A DNA stretch of 63,495 nucleotides, filler included, from Octopus bimaculoides (lineage: Eukaryota): NCBI RefSeq assembly GCF_001194135.2. It is 5 parts of 5 records of this genome, joined end to end, with 100 filler letters (N's around TTAATTAATTAA, not from the genome) between each part and the next. Parts side by side here need not be neighbours in the genome. Positions count along the whole stretch, not along the records: positions 24,775 to 52,492 come from NC_069001.1; positions 52,593 to 59,026 come from NC_068981.1; positions 59,127 to 61,844 come from NC_068997.1; positions 61,945 to 63,495 come from NC_068987.1; 1 more part is not named here. One strand, 5' to 3'. Positions 50,888 to 63,495 of this stretch are shown in pieces; the stretch's first letter is position 1, and each line of letters opens with the position of its first letter. A model generated the notes under the pieces. It did not search any database and was not told the DNA's origin. It saw only the letters and a program-made list of their open reading frames with translations. The position numbers and the translations under genes are program-made.

Positions 50888-53800
50888 ATAAATACTAATC
50901 GAAAACAGTGCCTTTACAACAAAACACGAAAACAACAAACCTAAAATTAAAGAAACTGAATTTCGCTTCGTCTTCGGACACACACACACGACGATCAAAA
51001 AAAATGGCGTCCCCCGTCGCCGTACAGATGAATCTACATCCAACCATGAACTGGGAAGTGGATGATATCGTGGAAGCATTCAAGAAATTCAAACGGAAAA
51101 CCCAACTAGCTTTCAAAAGTTTCCTGAAAGGTGCAACTGCCGATGAAAAGGTAAGCTACATCCTTTTATGGACGGGAGAGAAGGGCCTAGACCTATTCAA
51201 TAGTTGGGACNNNNNNNNNNNNNNNNNNNNNNNNNNNNNNNNNNNNNNNNNNNNNNNNNNNNNNNNNNNNNNNNNNNNNNNNNNNNNNNNNNNNNNNNNN
51301 NNNNNNNNNNNNNNNNNNNNNNNNNNNNNNNNNNNNNNNNNNNNNNNNNNNNNNNNNNNNNNNNNNNNNNNNNNNNNNNNNNNNNNNNNNNNNNNNNNNN
51401 NNNNNNNNNNNNNNNNNNNNNNNNNNNNNNNNNNNNNNNNNNNNNNNNNNNNNNNNNNNNNNNNNNNNNNNNNNNNNNNNNNNNNNNNNNNNNNNNNNNN
51501 NNNNNNNNNNNNNNNNNNNNNNNNNNNNNNNNNNNNNNNNNNNGCATACACAACTATAGAAATTCAGAAGAAGTCAGGCAGGAAACGAACATACATTGAC
51601 CTGAAGCTGAAGATTGACACTGGAGCCCAGAGTAATATCTTACCTGTCAACCTCTACAAAAAGATGTTCCCAGAACACATGATACATGAGCATAAAGTCA
51701 AAGAAGGAATCCTCACACCAAGTGATGTAATCCTCACTGCATATGGAGGTACCAGGATTCCACAACTGGGCAAAACAACCATCATAGGGACACACAGAGG
51801 AAAAATAATTAAGTGTTCTTTTTATGTCACAAAAACAGATGGACCTGCAATTCTCGGACTTGATACCTGTCAAAAGCTGAATATTGTGTCAATCAACGTT
51901 GAAGTGAAGGTAGCTCCAAGCAGGATTGACAGAGATATGCCTATCAAGAACCGACCATCAATCACAAATAAAGAAGAACTGATAAGCATGTACCCAGAAT
52001 GCTTTGACGGCACTGTCGGGTGCTTTGAGAAATATCGATACCACATAACAGTCGACCCCAATGCCAAACCAATTGTCCACCCACCTCGCCGAGTTCCACT
52101 AGAACTAAAAGAGAAGCCGAAGGCAGAGTTGGACAGAATGGAAAAAAAAGAAATAATCACCAAAGTAACACGGCCAACTGACTGGGTGAACTCTATCGTA
52201 ATCAAAGAAAAACCCAATGGTGCCCTACGAATATGCCTCGACCCAAGAGATCTGAACAAAGCATTAAAACGGGAGTACTACCCAATTCCAACACTTGAAG
52301 AAATCACACCATCATTAGCTGGATCCAAGATATTCAGCAAACTGGATGCCAGTAATGGGTACTGGAATGTGAGGATAGACAAAGAATCATCGATGCTAAC
52401 TACTTTCAACACACCATTTGGCAGATACCGATTCAACCGACTCCCATTCGGATTAAAGGTGAGCCAAGATGTTTTCCAGCGCCAAATAGATGNNNNNNNN
52501 NNNNNNNNNNNNNNNNNNNNNNNNNNNNNNNNNNNNTTAATTAATTAANNNNNNNNNNNNNNNNNNNNNNNNNNNNNNNNNNNNNNNNNNNNAAAAATCT
52601 TTTTATTCCTTCTTCATTATCATTAGCGTTTTCGTTCGATTCTCGAACTTGTCAAATAGAGTTTTGTGAATGTACAAACAATTTGTTCATTTATATCGAA
52701 CAGATGTTTTTTTTTGTGGGGGGGGGGAGAAGAAGAGAACGTTGTTTTTATTTTTTGGGTCAAGTTCCATGAAAATGGAGATAGACAGACGGATAGAAAT
52801 ACAGTTAGGTAGATAGATAGGTAGATAGATAATAAGACAGATTGACGGGTAGAGAGAGCAGGAGGATCCTCCTTCCTATTCAGGATTCATTTATATTATT
52901 TATTCATTTACCACTGTAGTGGAATGGGTTTAAGAATGGTGACCTCTTCAAAAAGAAAAACAACAAAAAAATAATAGAACAGGTGCGGTGTAGTCATCAC
53001 TGAAAGACATTTGCTTTCTTTCTCTCTTCCCTCTTTTTTCCACTTTCCTTCTTCTTTCTTATTTCTTTCTTTTTCTCCTCTGAGTTATATTTAGAATACA
53101 AAATTTACTGTCTCCCCTCTTCTTTCAAACATTCAACTTTGGAGAGAATTTTTTAATGAAATGTTGGTCTGCATGAAAAAACATTAGCATGATATTTACA
53201 AATGTACTTATTTATTTACATCACACCTAACACCACTGAAGAGAAACAAAAGCTTATTGGTTAAATCATGTGATAGGGTCTTGTGAAATTACTTCATTCT
53301 GTGAGTTTTATCTCGCTGGAGATAGATGTGGCTTACCATTCACAGTCCCTTGAACATCTCATGATGTTTGTGATATTGTGTGGCTACTTGATTTATATTT
53401 TTTAGCACTTGTTTCTAGCAATTGTAGGTGTTATTTGCACCCTTACTTATGTATTCTACATTTTTGGTTTTTAATTGATATAGCCACCTATATTATGATG
53501 TATTTAATACATCGTAATATATTAAGTTATTGTCATATCTTGTATTTATATATATATACATACATACATANNNNNNNNNNNNNNNNNNNNNNNNNNNNNN
53601 NNNNNNNNNNNNNNNNNNNNNNNNNNNNNNNNNNNNNNNNNNNNNNNNNNNNNNNNNNNNNNNNNNNNNNNNNNNNNNNNNNNNNNNNNNNNNNNNNNNN
53701 NNNNNNNNNNNNNNNNNNNNNNNNNNNNNNNNNNNNNNNNNNNNNNNNNNNNNNNNNNNNNNNNNNNNNNNNNNNNNNNNNNNNNTATATATATATATAT

Positions 53801-55139
53801 ATATAAAAGCATACATACATAATAGCATAATACTGACATAAACACATCACACATCCATATGTGTATCACAAACTATCATAATCTACATTAATCATTGTGG
53901 AATAGTACAATACAGTTTGGGAAAGTATGTTTTGAAATTATTAAGAAACAATAGCAAATATATAAAAAAAATGCTTTACATTTATCTTTTTCTTTTTCGC
54001 TGATAAATTTAAAGCACAGCTGACTCCATCTGTTTTAATCAAAATGATTAATCGTTTACTTTCAAAGACTAACATATTGTAGATAGGTCGCCAAGCATTT
54101 CTAATGCTTTCTTTTAATCCACCATCGAGTGTCGTACTAGATATGAAATTTTCTAGATAAAATATCGCGTTTTATCCTTCCATTCGTCTTGTGGTGACTG
54201 TAACCATTATCTCATAATTAGGCAAACGTTCTTACCAATGCTAGATCTGCTATACATAGATTGCAAATTATAAAATGCACTATGTATATTTGTAAATATG
54301 CTTTCACATTATTTTCACATTGTTTTTCACATTTCACATTATTTGACTCAGTAATCTAACTTACTAACGTTGTTCTTGTACATAATACTTCTCCAATGCA
54401 GATATTTTAAGGAAAATACGACATACCGAATCTATAATCTATTTTGTCATTTTGTTTAGCATGACGGATTCAAGCAGTTATTCTGTTGCATTATGCTGAA
54501 AATCTGTGTGGAGGTGTTCTAGTTGGAGTTGTAAATCTTGCTTGTGTCACATTATGATGCGGACTTTTAATTAAAGATATTGAATAACCGTTTTCTTTTC
54601 CTATCCATTCAAATGTCTCTATCGTTAGCGGTGTTACATAGATGCCCTTGTTTGTGCAAGTGTACTATTTGCTTTCGTGCACAGGCAGCCTAGGTTATTT
54701 TAGGAGAAATGTTCTGTACGGTACATATAATGATCTGCAGGCTAGCTTTATTTATGAGTCTGTATGAAACAAATCTATCACCTTTACTTGATACACGTGT
54801 ACTTCAGGTAGAGTTTGTATTTCACGACTGCAATTCTGCGTTTAATACTCGGGGTATATGCATGATTATAAGGGATTCTGCAACAACGCCTAGAAACACA
54901 CAGACTTTGAAATGAACGATACAAATGATTCATTTATTGTCCTTTGTCTGCTCAACTTTTGAGGCAAAATCATATAGATTTGGGTATTTCTCTTTGAAAG
55001 GCATATTACTATCGTGAAAATAAAAGAACCCACTGCAATGGAATGAAATATTCGGCTTCAATACTAGAACAGATGCCTTAAAATAGCAGACAGATTTTAT
55101 GACGTCCTCTTACATACACAAAAGCAATGTAACCACACA

Positions 55140-55185
<46 letters not shown>

Positions 55186-55329
55186 TGTGTGCGTGTATAT
55201 GTGTGTGCGTGTCGCGCCCGCGTGTGCGTGTGTGCATGTATTTATATAACTAACGCTCGCACAGATATATGTCCTGGAATAAATATAGTGAATACATATA
55301 ATTTTGAAGATATACAGAAACATCAACAC

Positions 55330-55720
55330 AAGGAATGCTGGTGGTAAACTCCCATGAAAACAACTATCACGCTAAAACACTACAGGCCAGGCATTGTTAT
55401 TTGGAACAGATAAGAAATATTGTGTGCCGTCACCGATGTCAGATGTGCTGCTGATGTAAATAACTATTTGAAAAGCAAAGAGAAAGGGGGTAACTATGAA
55501 CAACTGCTTCGAAACCTTCAGCTCCTATATCCAGATTATAAATTCACATGTATACCAATAAAATTGATGCATTTGGCTTTATGAGTAAATACTTAAGGGA
55601 CGATCTGGATAAGCCAGGGTTTTCAGAAAACGAAATAATCCACTTAACTACTTAACTCACACATTACAAATTAAACATGTAAATGTAACAGTAAAAATGG
55701 GAGATCTTTCTGAAGTTTAA
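55330..55720 (+). mobile_element. Old fragment of an RLE-type LINE C-terminus
   Basis: Manual translation across frameshifts: KECWW..KHYRPGIVIW (cf. HNRPDIVIW)..LLRNLQLLYPDYKFTCIPI..GFSENEI. Confidence 0.55.
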
Positions 55721-57495
55721 AAGTCGACATTCTTTTTGTTATTTACATTCCAACGATGGAGCTCTGTACCTTAATTGGAAAATAGTTTCTTCCTCAGAAG
55801 AAGAATTTAAATAGTTAAAATCATAGGAAAACATACAACCATGCACAAATATATATACAGATTGCTCGTTGTGGTTATATATGATTTAGAGAAGGAAAAT
55901 CTGTTATAGTATCTTGAAAATATCTACACAGACACAAACATGGAGATGCAGATAGTCATGTAAACTTTTGCAGAACAGAATATTCAAAGGCAGTGTGCAT
56001 AATCAGGAACACAGGAAAGAAGGCAGTATATCGCAAAAGAAAATCACGTCTGTGCAATATGTGTACAATATATTTGACGCCGACAACAGATCTGAAAAGT
56101 AAACGAATATGCAGAACGATATATTGATCCAAACACATAGTCTGGTTAACCCTTTGTAATCTCAATGCAATCAATTTTCTCTGCTCTTCATTAAATTTTC
56201 AACTATTTCCGACTAATTGCCTAATTTGGTATTGACTAGTCTCAGTAGACTGTCTTATCTTGTCGGATGATCTTTGACTTTCAGATCTGTGTAGTCGATC
56301 AAATATGGCAATTATGTACTCAGAGTGTTTCATTAAAATACAACACTCACGTATTACGATTTTCATTGCGTGTCTTCGAAAGAAATCGATATTATACACT
56401 TAGAAATTGCAGCGTGACTTAATGTTCTGTTATTTGAAAACTGACGAGCGATTTCAATCCTACAAAGTACTTTCAGTTGCGCACTTTGATAATACTTTTA
56501 CGCACACACAGAATAAATGTAACGAATAAACATAATAATCCCTCAGGTCGATATTTCCTTACGTGTAAGGGCCATTGTAAAACCGTGTATACCGTCGGTC
56601 AACACGCATAAAGTAATAGCCTAGTCTTTCACATCATATTCAAGCCTATGAAGCAACAGAACATTACACAAAATTGGCAAGTATACGATATGTTTGAAAA
56701 GGGTCAAGATTTCACAACTAAGATGTGTTTTGTCATAACACTGAACATTCAGAGATGCCTTGTGACAAAAACAGCAAAACCAAACGACATATATAGCATA
56801 TGTTCCTTGTTAACCTATTCTGAAATGAGACCTAATGGTTTGAATTCGGTGAGTGGTGATATACATTTATTTTTATTGTATTTCATATACATTAAACTAT
56901 TGCAAACTTTAAGCATATATGTTCCTACTTCTCATATATCATTATGCTCTTACTAAAGATTAATACTCTACATTAAGAGAAAGGAGCAGCAGTTTAGAGA
57001 AAGAATTTTAGTGACGCAAAATCTCTATTCTATTTATGTTTTAAATTTCCGATAACAGAATTAATGTAGCTTTAAATTTCCAATGACTGAAACACTTTAT
57101 TACGTATTTTGCGCAATTTATTTACGTGAAAGTGGGCTACTGTAGAGGAAGATAGAATTCGTATATAATTCTTGTAAGATTGCTGGTCATAGTAAGTCCA
57201 TTTTAATTTGAAAGTTGGTGATTATTTTCAAAACCTGTGTATTGTAACAAGGACGAACGGACATTGCATGTTGCCATCCATCAGTCATACTTTTCATTTA
57301 TTCTGAAAGTAACACGAAAAGCTTCATCATTACTTGTCAATATTAAAGGTAGAACATATTACGTAACTATTACGTACATTGTTCAATAGTACATAACTCG
57401 TACCATAAATATTAGAAACGATATCAATATAATTCGAGCTATAACAACAGATTACAAATTCCTACGATACATGCATACATATGTATGCATTTATG

Positions 57496-57526
<31 letters not shown>

Positions 57527-59126
57527 NNNNNNNNNNNNNNNNNNNNNNNNNNNNNNNNNNNNNNNNNNNNNNNNNNNNNNNNNNNNNNNNNNNNNNNNNN
57601 NNNNNNNNNNNNNNNNNNNNNNNNNNNNNNNNNNNNNNNNNNNNNNNNNNNNNNNNNNNNNNNNNNNNNNNNNNNNNNNNNNNNNNNNNNNNNNNNNNNN
57701 NNNNNNNNNNNNNNNNNNNNNNNNNNNNNNNNNNNNNNNNNNNNNNNNNNNNNNNNNNNNNNNNNNNNNNNNNNNNNNNNNNNNNNNNNNNNNNNNNNNN
57801 NNNNNNNNNNNNNNNNNNNNNNNNNNNNNNNNNNNNNNNNNNNNNNNNNNNNNNNNNNNNNNNNNNNNNNNNNNNNNNNNNNNNNNNNNNNNNNNNNNNN
57901 NNNNNNNNNNNNNNNNNNNNNNNNNNNNNNNNNNNNNNNNNNNNNNNNNNNNNNNNNNNNNNNNNNNNNNNNNNNNNNNNNNNNNNNNNNNNNNNNNNNN
58001 NNNNNNNNNNNNNNNNNNNNNNNNNNNNNNNNNNNNNNNNNNNNNNNNNNNNNNNNNNNNNNNNNNNNNNNNNNNNNNNNNNNNNNNNNNNNNNNNNNNN
58101 NNNNNNNNNNNNNNNNNNNNNNNNNNNNNNNNGATATTCCACTCGTTAATCTCAGTCATATAATGCGAAAGTAACTGGTATATGTTAGCGATTATTAATA
58201 TTATATATTATCAATATTAAAGAAAAAAGAAAATGGAGAAAAACATGGATATATGAATAATTTATGTTATAAAATGCTGAAAATTTCTTTTTAAAAACAT
58301 AACAGTACAAATAAATCGATTACAAGTTGTAAATCTCGAAAATATAGAATAAAGGAACCTACATATATGTTTCAGTCCTATCATCTAGTTGATCAGATGT
58401 TTTAAGCATTTGGTTAAGTCCTAAGAAAGGTATCATATCCGAACTAAATGGGGTAGGACTACTTCAGGGTTAGTTCTGAGCTTATGGAACTTAGGTTATG
58501 ATTTTTCTTTTGAAGGATGCATACAGAGTATCTGTGAGTTTAAGAAGTTAAAAGCTATATATAGTAAGTGTATCTATGTGATGGGTTACATATATTCATG
58601 AATATAACATATATTAGAAAACAAATCAATAAAATACGCATAAAAAATAAAATCAAAAAGATAAGATATAAACAATTTTAAAATAAAAATATAAAATGTA
58701 ATAAACTAAATAATAATCACCTATACATTTTTCTTACTGGTTTGGTAAAAGATACAGTTGTGGAAAGGTATAGAGGAGTAGTAAAATGTGACATAATCAG
58801 AATCGAGGATAGAAGAAAGTTTGAAAATTAACCGTTATAATGTGTATCTAGTAACATTAACTTATAAATCGTATTTCAGTAGGATATGTAAATGCATATT
58901 TAAGTGCATATTTAAGATTAATCCATTTGGGCGTTGGGACATGAACATCAAATACATAGTTACTCGTACGTATTTTATTGAGCATACGTATACATATATA
59001 TACACACACACACATAAACAAAACATNNNNNNNNNNNNNNNNNNNNNNNNNNNNNNNNNNNNNNNNNNNNTTAATTAATTAANNNNNNNNNNNNNNNNNN
59101 NNNNNNNNNNNNNNNNNNNNNNNNNN

Positions 59127-59184
<58 letters not shown>

Positions 59185-59914
59185 GACAAGGAAGAATAAG
59201 AGAAGTAGAAGAAGAAGAGAAGATGGAGAAGAAAGAGAGGAAAAGGAAGAGAAGAAAAAGAAGACACATTTATATATACATATACATGTACATACACACA
59301 TTGAAATACAAAGAGAGTGACGGAACTAGATAAATAGATAGATGAACAGACAGATAGATAGAGGAGGAGTAAAGATGTGAATGCTATAAAAATACATTTG
59401 GAGAAAGAAGTTAAGGAGGAAAGGAGACTGGATTGAGTAATAAGGCAGAACAAGGTACTAAGAATCACCATTGTTTTACATCCTTCTTGAATTTCCATAT
59501 CTCCAGATAAACAATGCTTGAACTTTACGCATTAACATACATACATGCCGACACGTAGACTTAACAATCATGCACGATTGCACCACACGCAACACTGATC
59601 AGGTATTAAAAGTATTGCTTACTTATCTCCAAATCTCTGATGATCCTGGAAGCAGCGTTGCTGCTACTTGACGAAACATCTTGCAAGTTGCAAGACGAAA
59701 TACGAAATAACACATTCACCGAACGCATTGCGTTCTTCTGGTTTTCTTTTTAATTCACAGATACCTTAGCTCTGTGACTAAGAATCAATCAATCAAGCCA
59801 TACATACACAAACACACACACGTGCGTATATACTTCACGGCAACAATACTATACAATTCTATACAATTTTTGAAGGCGTGAAACTTATAGTAGCTCGTAT
59901 TTAAATCTTACATA

Positions 59915-60028
59915 TATTGATTTCAAATTCTGGCGTAATATTGGCAGTCTCAGAAGAGGGGACAAGGCAATTACATGCCGCTTAGCATTTTACTCGATAT
60001 GCTAACGATTCTGCCAGCTCACCGCCTT
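59915..60028 (-). mobile_element. SINE family A, internally deleted
   Basis: gctaacgattctgccagctcaccgcctt head. Confidence 0.6.
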
Positions 60029-60487
60029 GAATTCTATGTATATCGAAAGATATTTATCTTTCACTGAATGGAGTGCTACTTTTGTACTTTTTCTGATCCT
60101 ACCAATAACGGAACAGTATATTATTTCACTGTATGTGTGTGATGTTTGCACGTGTGTGTACTTAAGTGTGTTTGTGCGTATATACATACATACATACATA
60201 CATACATACATACATANNNNNNNNNNNNNNNNNNNNNNNNNNNNNNNNNNNNNNNNNNNNNNNNNNNNNNNNNNNNNNNNNNNNNNNNNNNNNNNNNNNN
60301 NNNNNNNNNNNNNNNNNNNNNNNNNNNNNNNNNNNNNNNNNNNNNNNNNNNNNNNNNNNNNNNNNNNNNNNNNNNNNNNNNNNNNNNNNNNNNNNNNNNN
60401 NNNNNNNNNNNNNNNNNNNNNNNNNNNNNNNNNNNNNNATTCATTCTCGATTCGTTTACTGCTGTTCTTATTTGGACTCATGTTTAT

Positions 60488-60532
60488 TGTCTGGAAATCT
60501 TTCGTCACACACCTGTAACCTCTTCAGCGACA
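60488..60532 (-). ncRNA. Probable decayed hammerhead motif
   Basis: UGUCG-CUGAAGA-G-GUUAC(AGGUGU)GUGAC-GAA-AGAUUU-C-CAGACA; stem III is one base from the palindrome AGAUCU; AATAAA follows. Confidence 0.45.
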
Positions 60533-60602
60533 CTTTCCTTCCTCGTATGTGCTCCTATTCTGCTTAGTCCATTCTGTTCTAAACGTGTATGTATGTGCGT
60601 GC

Positions 60603-60639
<37 letters not shown>

Positions 60640-60659
60640 AGCACAGATCCAGGAGTTTT

Positions 60660-60841
60660 TGAGAGTGGTAGGAAGTCGATTACATCGATCCCAGTGCGCA
60701 ACTGGTACTTGTTTTATCGATCTCACAAGGTTGAAACGCAAAGTCGATCTCGGCGGAATTTGAGCTCAGAACGTAAAGACGGACAAAATGCCACTAAGCA
60801 CAGAGTCTGATGTGCTAACGATTTTACGAATTCGCCACCTT
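60660..60841 (-). mobile_element. SINE family A
   Basis: Reverse complement of the consensus. Confidence 0.8.
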
Positions 60842-61673
60842 CAATGATGACGATGATGACGATGATGATGATGATGATGACGATGATGATGATGGCGGCG
60901 TAGAAGTTATGCGGTTATAAATGCCACTTTAAATGAGTTGATCTGCACTGAATTATCCCGTGGCCATTAATGAAGAGTGTGTGATGAGCACCAACAAATA
61001 CCAAACCTTCAACTAATGTGACGAGTTCATTCCTTTCCAGCGGTTTAACGACGACAGGAAATTGGAAGTAAATGGCGTCAATGAAGCGAAATTGATCAAA
61101 AAGGAGAATATAATTTACCGACACTGATCTCTGCTCATGGCGTCGTGAAGGATCGGATTAAGTTAAGGTTAAACTTATATATAAAATTAGTCGTTTGAAT
61201 ATGTTTAAATTACTATGAGTATGTATATAAATCACTCGTAATATAATTATTAATTGCTCGGGGGAAATGTATTATATACATGCATACAAGCACACACACA
61301 CACACACGCTTATATATATATATATATATATATACGCAAGCAGACGTACATATACGTATATATGCATATTTAAATACATACATGTGTGTGTGTCTGTGTG
61401 TCTGTGTGTCTGTGTATCAACAGCGTGCAAAATGGTTGTGTATCCCAGGTACATGTATCCCGTCAACGTAATTATCCAGCAGACAGCGTAATGAAGTGGG
61501 ACCTTAGATATACAGACATCCCATCCGATGGGCTTGGCAAGACGAACTACTAGCGTTCTACCTCAGATTTGCGTTTGGCCGTACGGCTTTTGAATGTTGT
61601 TTTCACTGTCCATTTTTTCCTGTCTTGGTTTGTGTTTGCCACCTTGGAATCCTCTGTGTAGTGGGTTGATCCA

Positions 61674-61844
61674 CTACTCAGGAAGAGACTATTCTAGAGT
61701 ACGTTCTGTCTTGTCTTCGAAACGTCTAGATAGAATAGAGACAGCTGACGTTAGAACAATAAACTACAGACAACGGAACGAACACATAGGAAAACGGAAA
61801 GCCACTTGGAATATCCCTTCATCAGCTGTCTCTATTCTATCTAG
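61674..61844. repeat. Degenerate hammerhead followed by a 23-bp perfect inverted repeat carrying a second core half
   Basis: CUCAGGA..GAA-ACGU-C (61677-61726); IR ctagatagaatagagacagctga at 61726-61748 and 61822-61844; minus-strand CTGATGA at 61825-61819. Confidence 0.6.
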
Positions 61845-62556
61845 NNNNNNNNNNNNNNNNNNNNNNNNNNNNNNNNNNNNNNNNNNNNTTAATTAATTAA
61901 NNNNNNNNNNNNNNNNNNNNNNNNNNNNNNNNNNNNNNNNNNNNATATATATATATATATATATATAGATAGATAGATAGATACACACATATATATCTTA
62001 TCAAATGTATATGTATGTGTGTTTGTGTCTCTTTAGATAGTGAGCAGATAGAAAAACTTCAATGTTATGAATCATGTTGTTGTGACAATAATGGAAGTTT
62101 TATATATGTGTGAGTATATATAGGGAGCGGTTCCATGCACGCGTTCGTGTTGGTGTATGTTCTGAACTATTATTTTAATAGAGGTGAAAGGTAATATATG
62201 ATACAAAATGTGTTCGCGTCTGATAGTCTCGGTGCATCTTTTCCTTTTCTAGTAAACAGTCGAGCTTAGATAGCTAAAAATAAATTCACATATTTTGTTT
62301 GCTCCAGCATAACCGCACTTGAAAGACGGAAACATTTGAAATGTAAGGGATGTATATGTATGTATTCATATCTATATACCTATGCACATACACACGCAAA
62401 CATACCCATACGTAGGCATATATTCATATATGTACGTATATGTGTATATTTGTAAGTTTGCATTTATATATATATGCATATACATGTACACCTGTACGCA
62501 GGTAAAAGTACAGAAACAGAGAGAGAGGGAGGAGAGAGAGAGAGGGAGATAGAGAG

Positions 62557-62643
<87 letters not shown>

Positions 62644-63495
62644 CGTATATCAGTCTGTAGCAGTGGCATAACTGTTTGTATATATACACAGTATATGTTT
62701 ATATAAGTTTATATTTCGGAAATTTTTGTTGATAAAGATGAGCAGGTTTTTTATATAAAAATCTGATGAATGCATGCAGCCTCACCTAAGAAGAATGTTG
62801 TTTTCATATATATTCTGTTACAATAAGTATAGGAGCCTCAAATGTCATACAATTGGTTGACAAAGATGGTTGACATTCCATTCGAAATGAATATAATATA
62901 TACTCACTGAACACTACGCAGGTCTTTTCATGAATTTATTCAATTATATTCTTTATGTGAACATTAATCCACATACTTTTCAAGCCAGTGAACATTCAGT
63001 GGCTACATAATAGATTCCATCACTGAAAGAGGTTCAAATTGGATAAAGAATAAATGGCTTCTTACATTCATAGAATCCCCTCAGATTTTCTTCTCTATGA
63101 ATGTGATTCCCAAGGCTGTGCTATTCCTAGCGTTATCAGTGATGTTTGGCAGGGATTACCCTACCATTATTACTATAAATACGTTGTTATGTTGACTCTG
63201 TATAAGAATAATACTTTAAAAAATGAATTTGATGCTAATCGATTCATCTACTTGCTTTTATCCATCGGGAATCATGTTCCAGGTATTTATAGTTTTGTAT
63301 TTTTATTTGAGACAGGGATTTTTAATTGTATTTTTTTATGTATTACTGGAAAACCAGTGTAGATTTAGAAAGACGGCACATTCTATCCTTTCATCGTCGA
63401 TATCAGAGACATAAGGAACTGCATGATCATTATTATCGTCTTCTTTTACTATATTGGACAACATCCATCTCTCTCTCTCTCTCTCTCTCTTCATA

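Larger units (their letters stand above)
50628..52492 (+). mobile_element. Ty3/Gypsy LTR retrotransposon, 5' part (LTR, PBS, gag N-terminus, protease, RT), cut by gaps
   Basis: gag ATG at 51004 (MASPVAVQMNL..LLWTGEKGLDLF). Protease LKIDTGAQSNILP. RT PRRVP, WVNSIVIKEKPNGALRICLDPRDLNKAL, FSKLDASNGYW, TTFNTPFGRYRFNRLPFGL. No stops in the sequenced parts. Confidence 0.92.

Noticed and set aside
63097-63195. 32-aa ORF with a signal-peptide-like start (MNVIPKAVLFLALSVMFG)
   Set aside because: Short hydrophobic ORFs are common in AT-rich DNA, and there is no donor site to extend it.

Overview
Repeat-rich, gapped, AT-rich animal genomic window; the SINE families and microsatellite load suggest octopus/coleoid cephalopod DNA (inference). 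One clear host coding exon: a minus-strand DUF229-type (alkaline phosphatase/sulfatase superfamily) type II membrane protein at 33884-35924. It lacks its own ATG and follows a strong splice acceptor. A few short candidate exons hint at another gene. The rest is mobile DNA: a decayed Penelope-like element (RT + GIY-YIG), a mariner (probably DD37D/maT) with nested insertions, an R4/Dong-type and two other LINE fragments, a Ty3/Gypsy 5' half, four tRNA-SINE families and several MITEs, including one filled with TTAGGG. The main finding is about a dozen type I hammerhead ribozyme motifs from several unrelated families. Most have a palindromic stem III, and several sit in inverted pairs. One family is the 3' module of a tRNA-headed SINE; an inverted pair of its tails is bounded by a 12-bp target-site duplication. 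All folds and alignments were done by eye, with no database search, so repeat boundaries are approximate and novelty is unverified.
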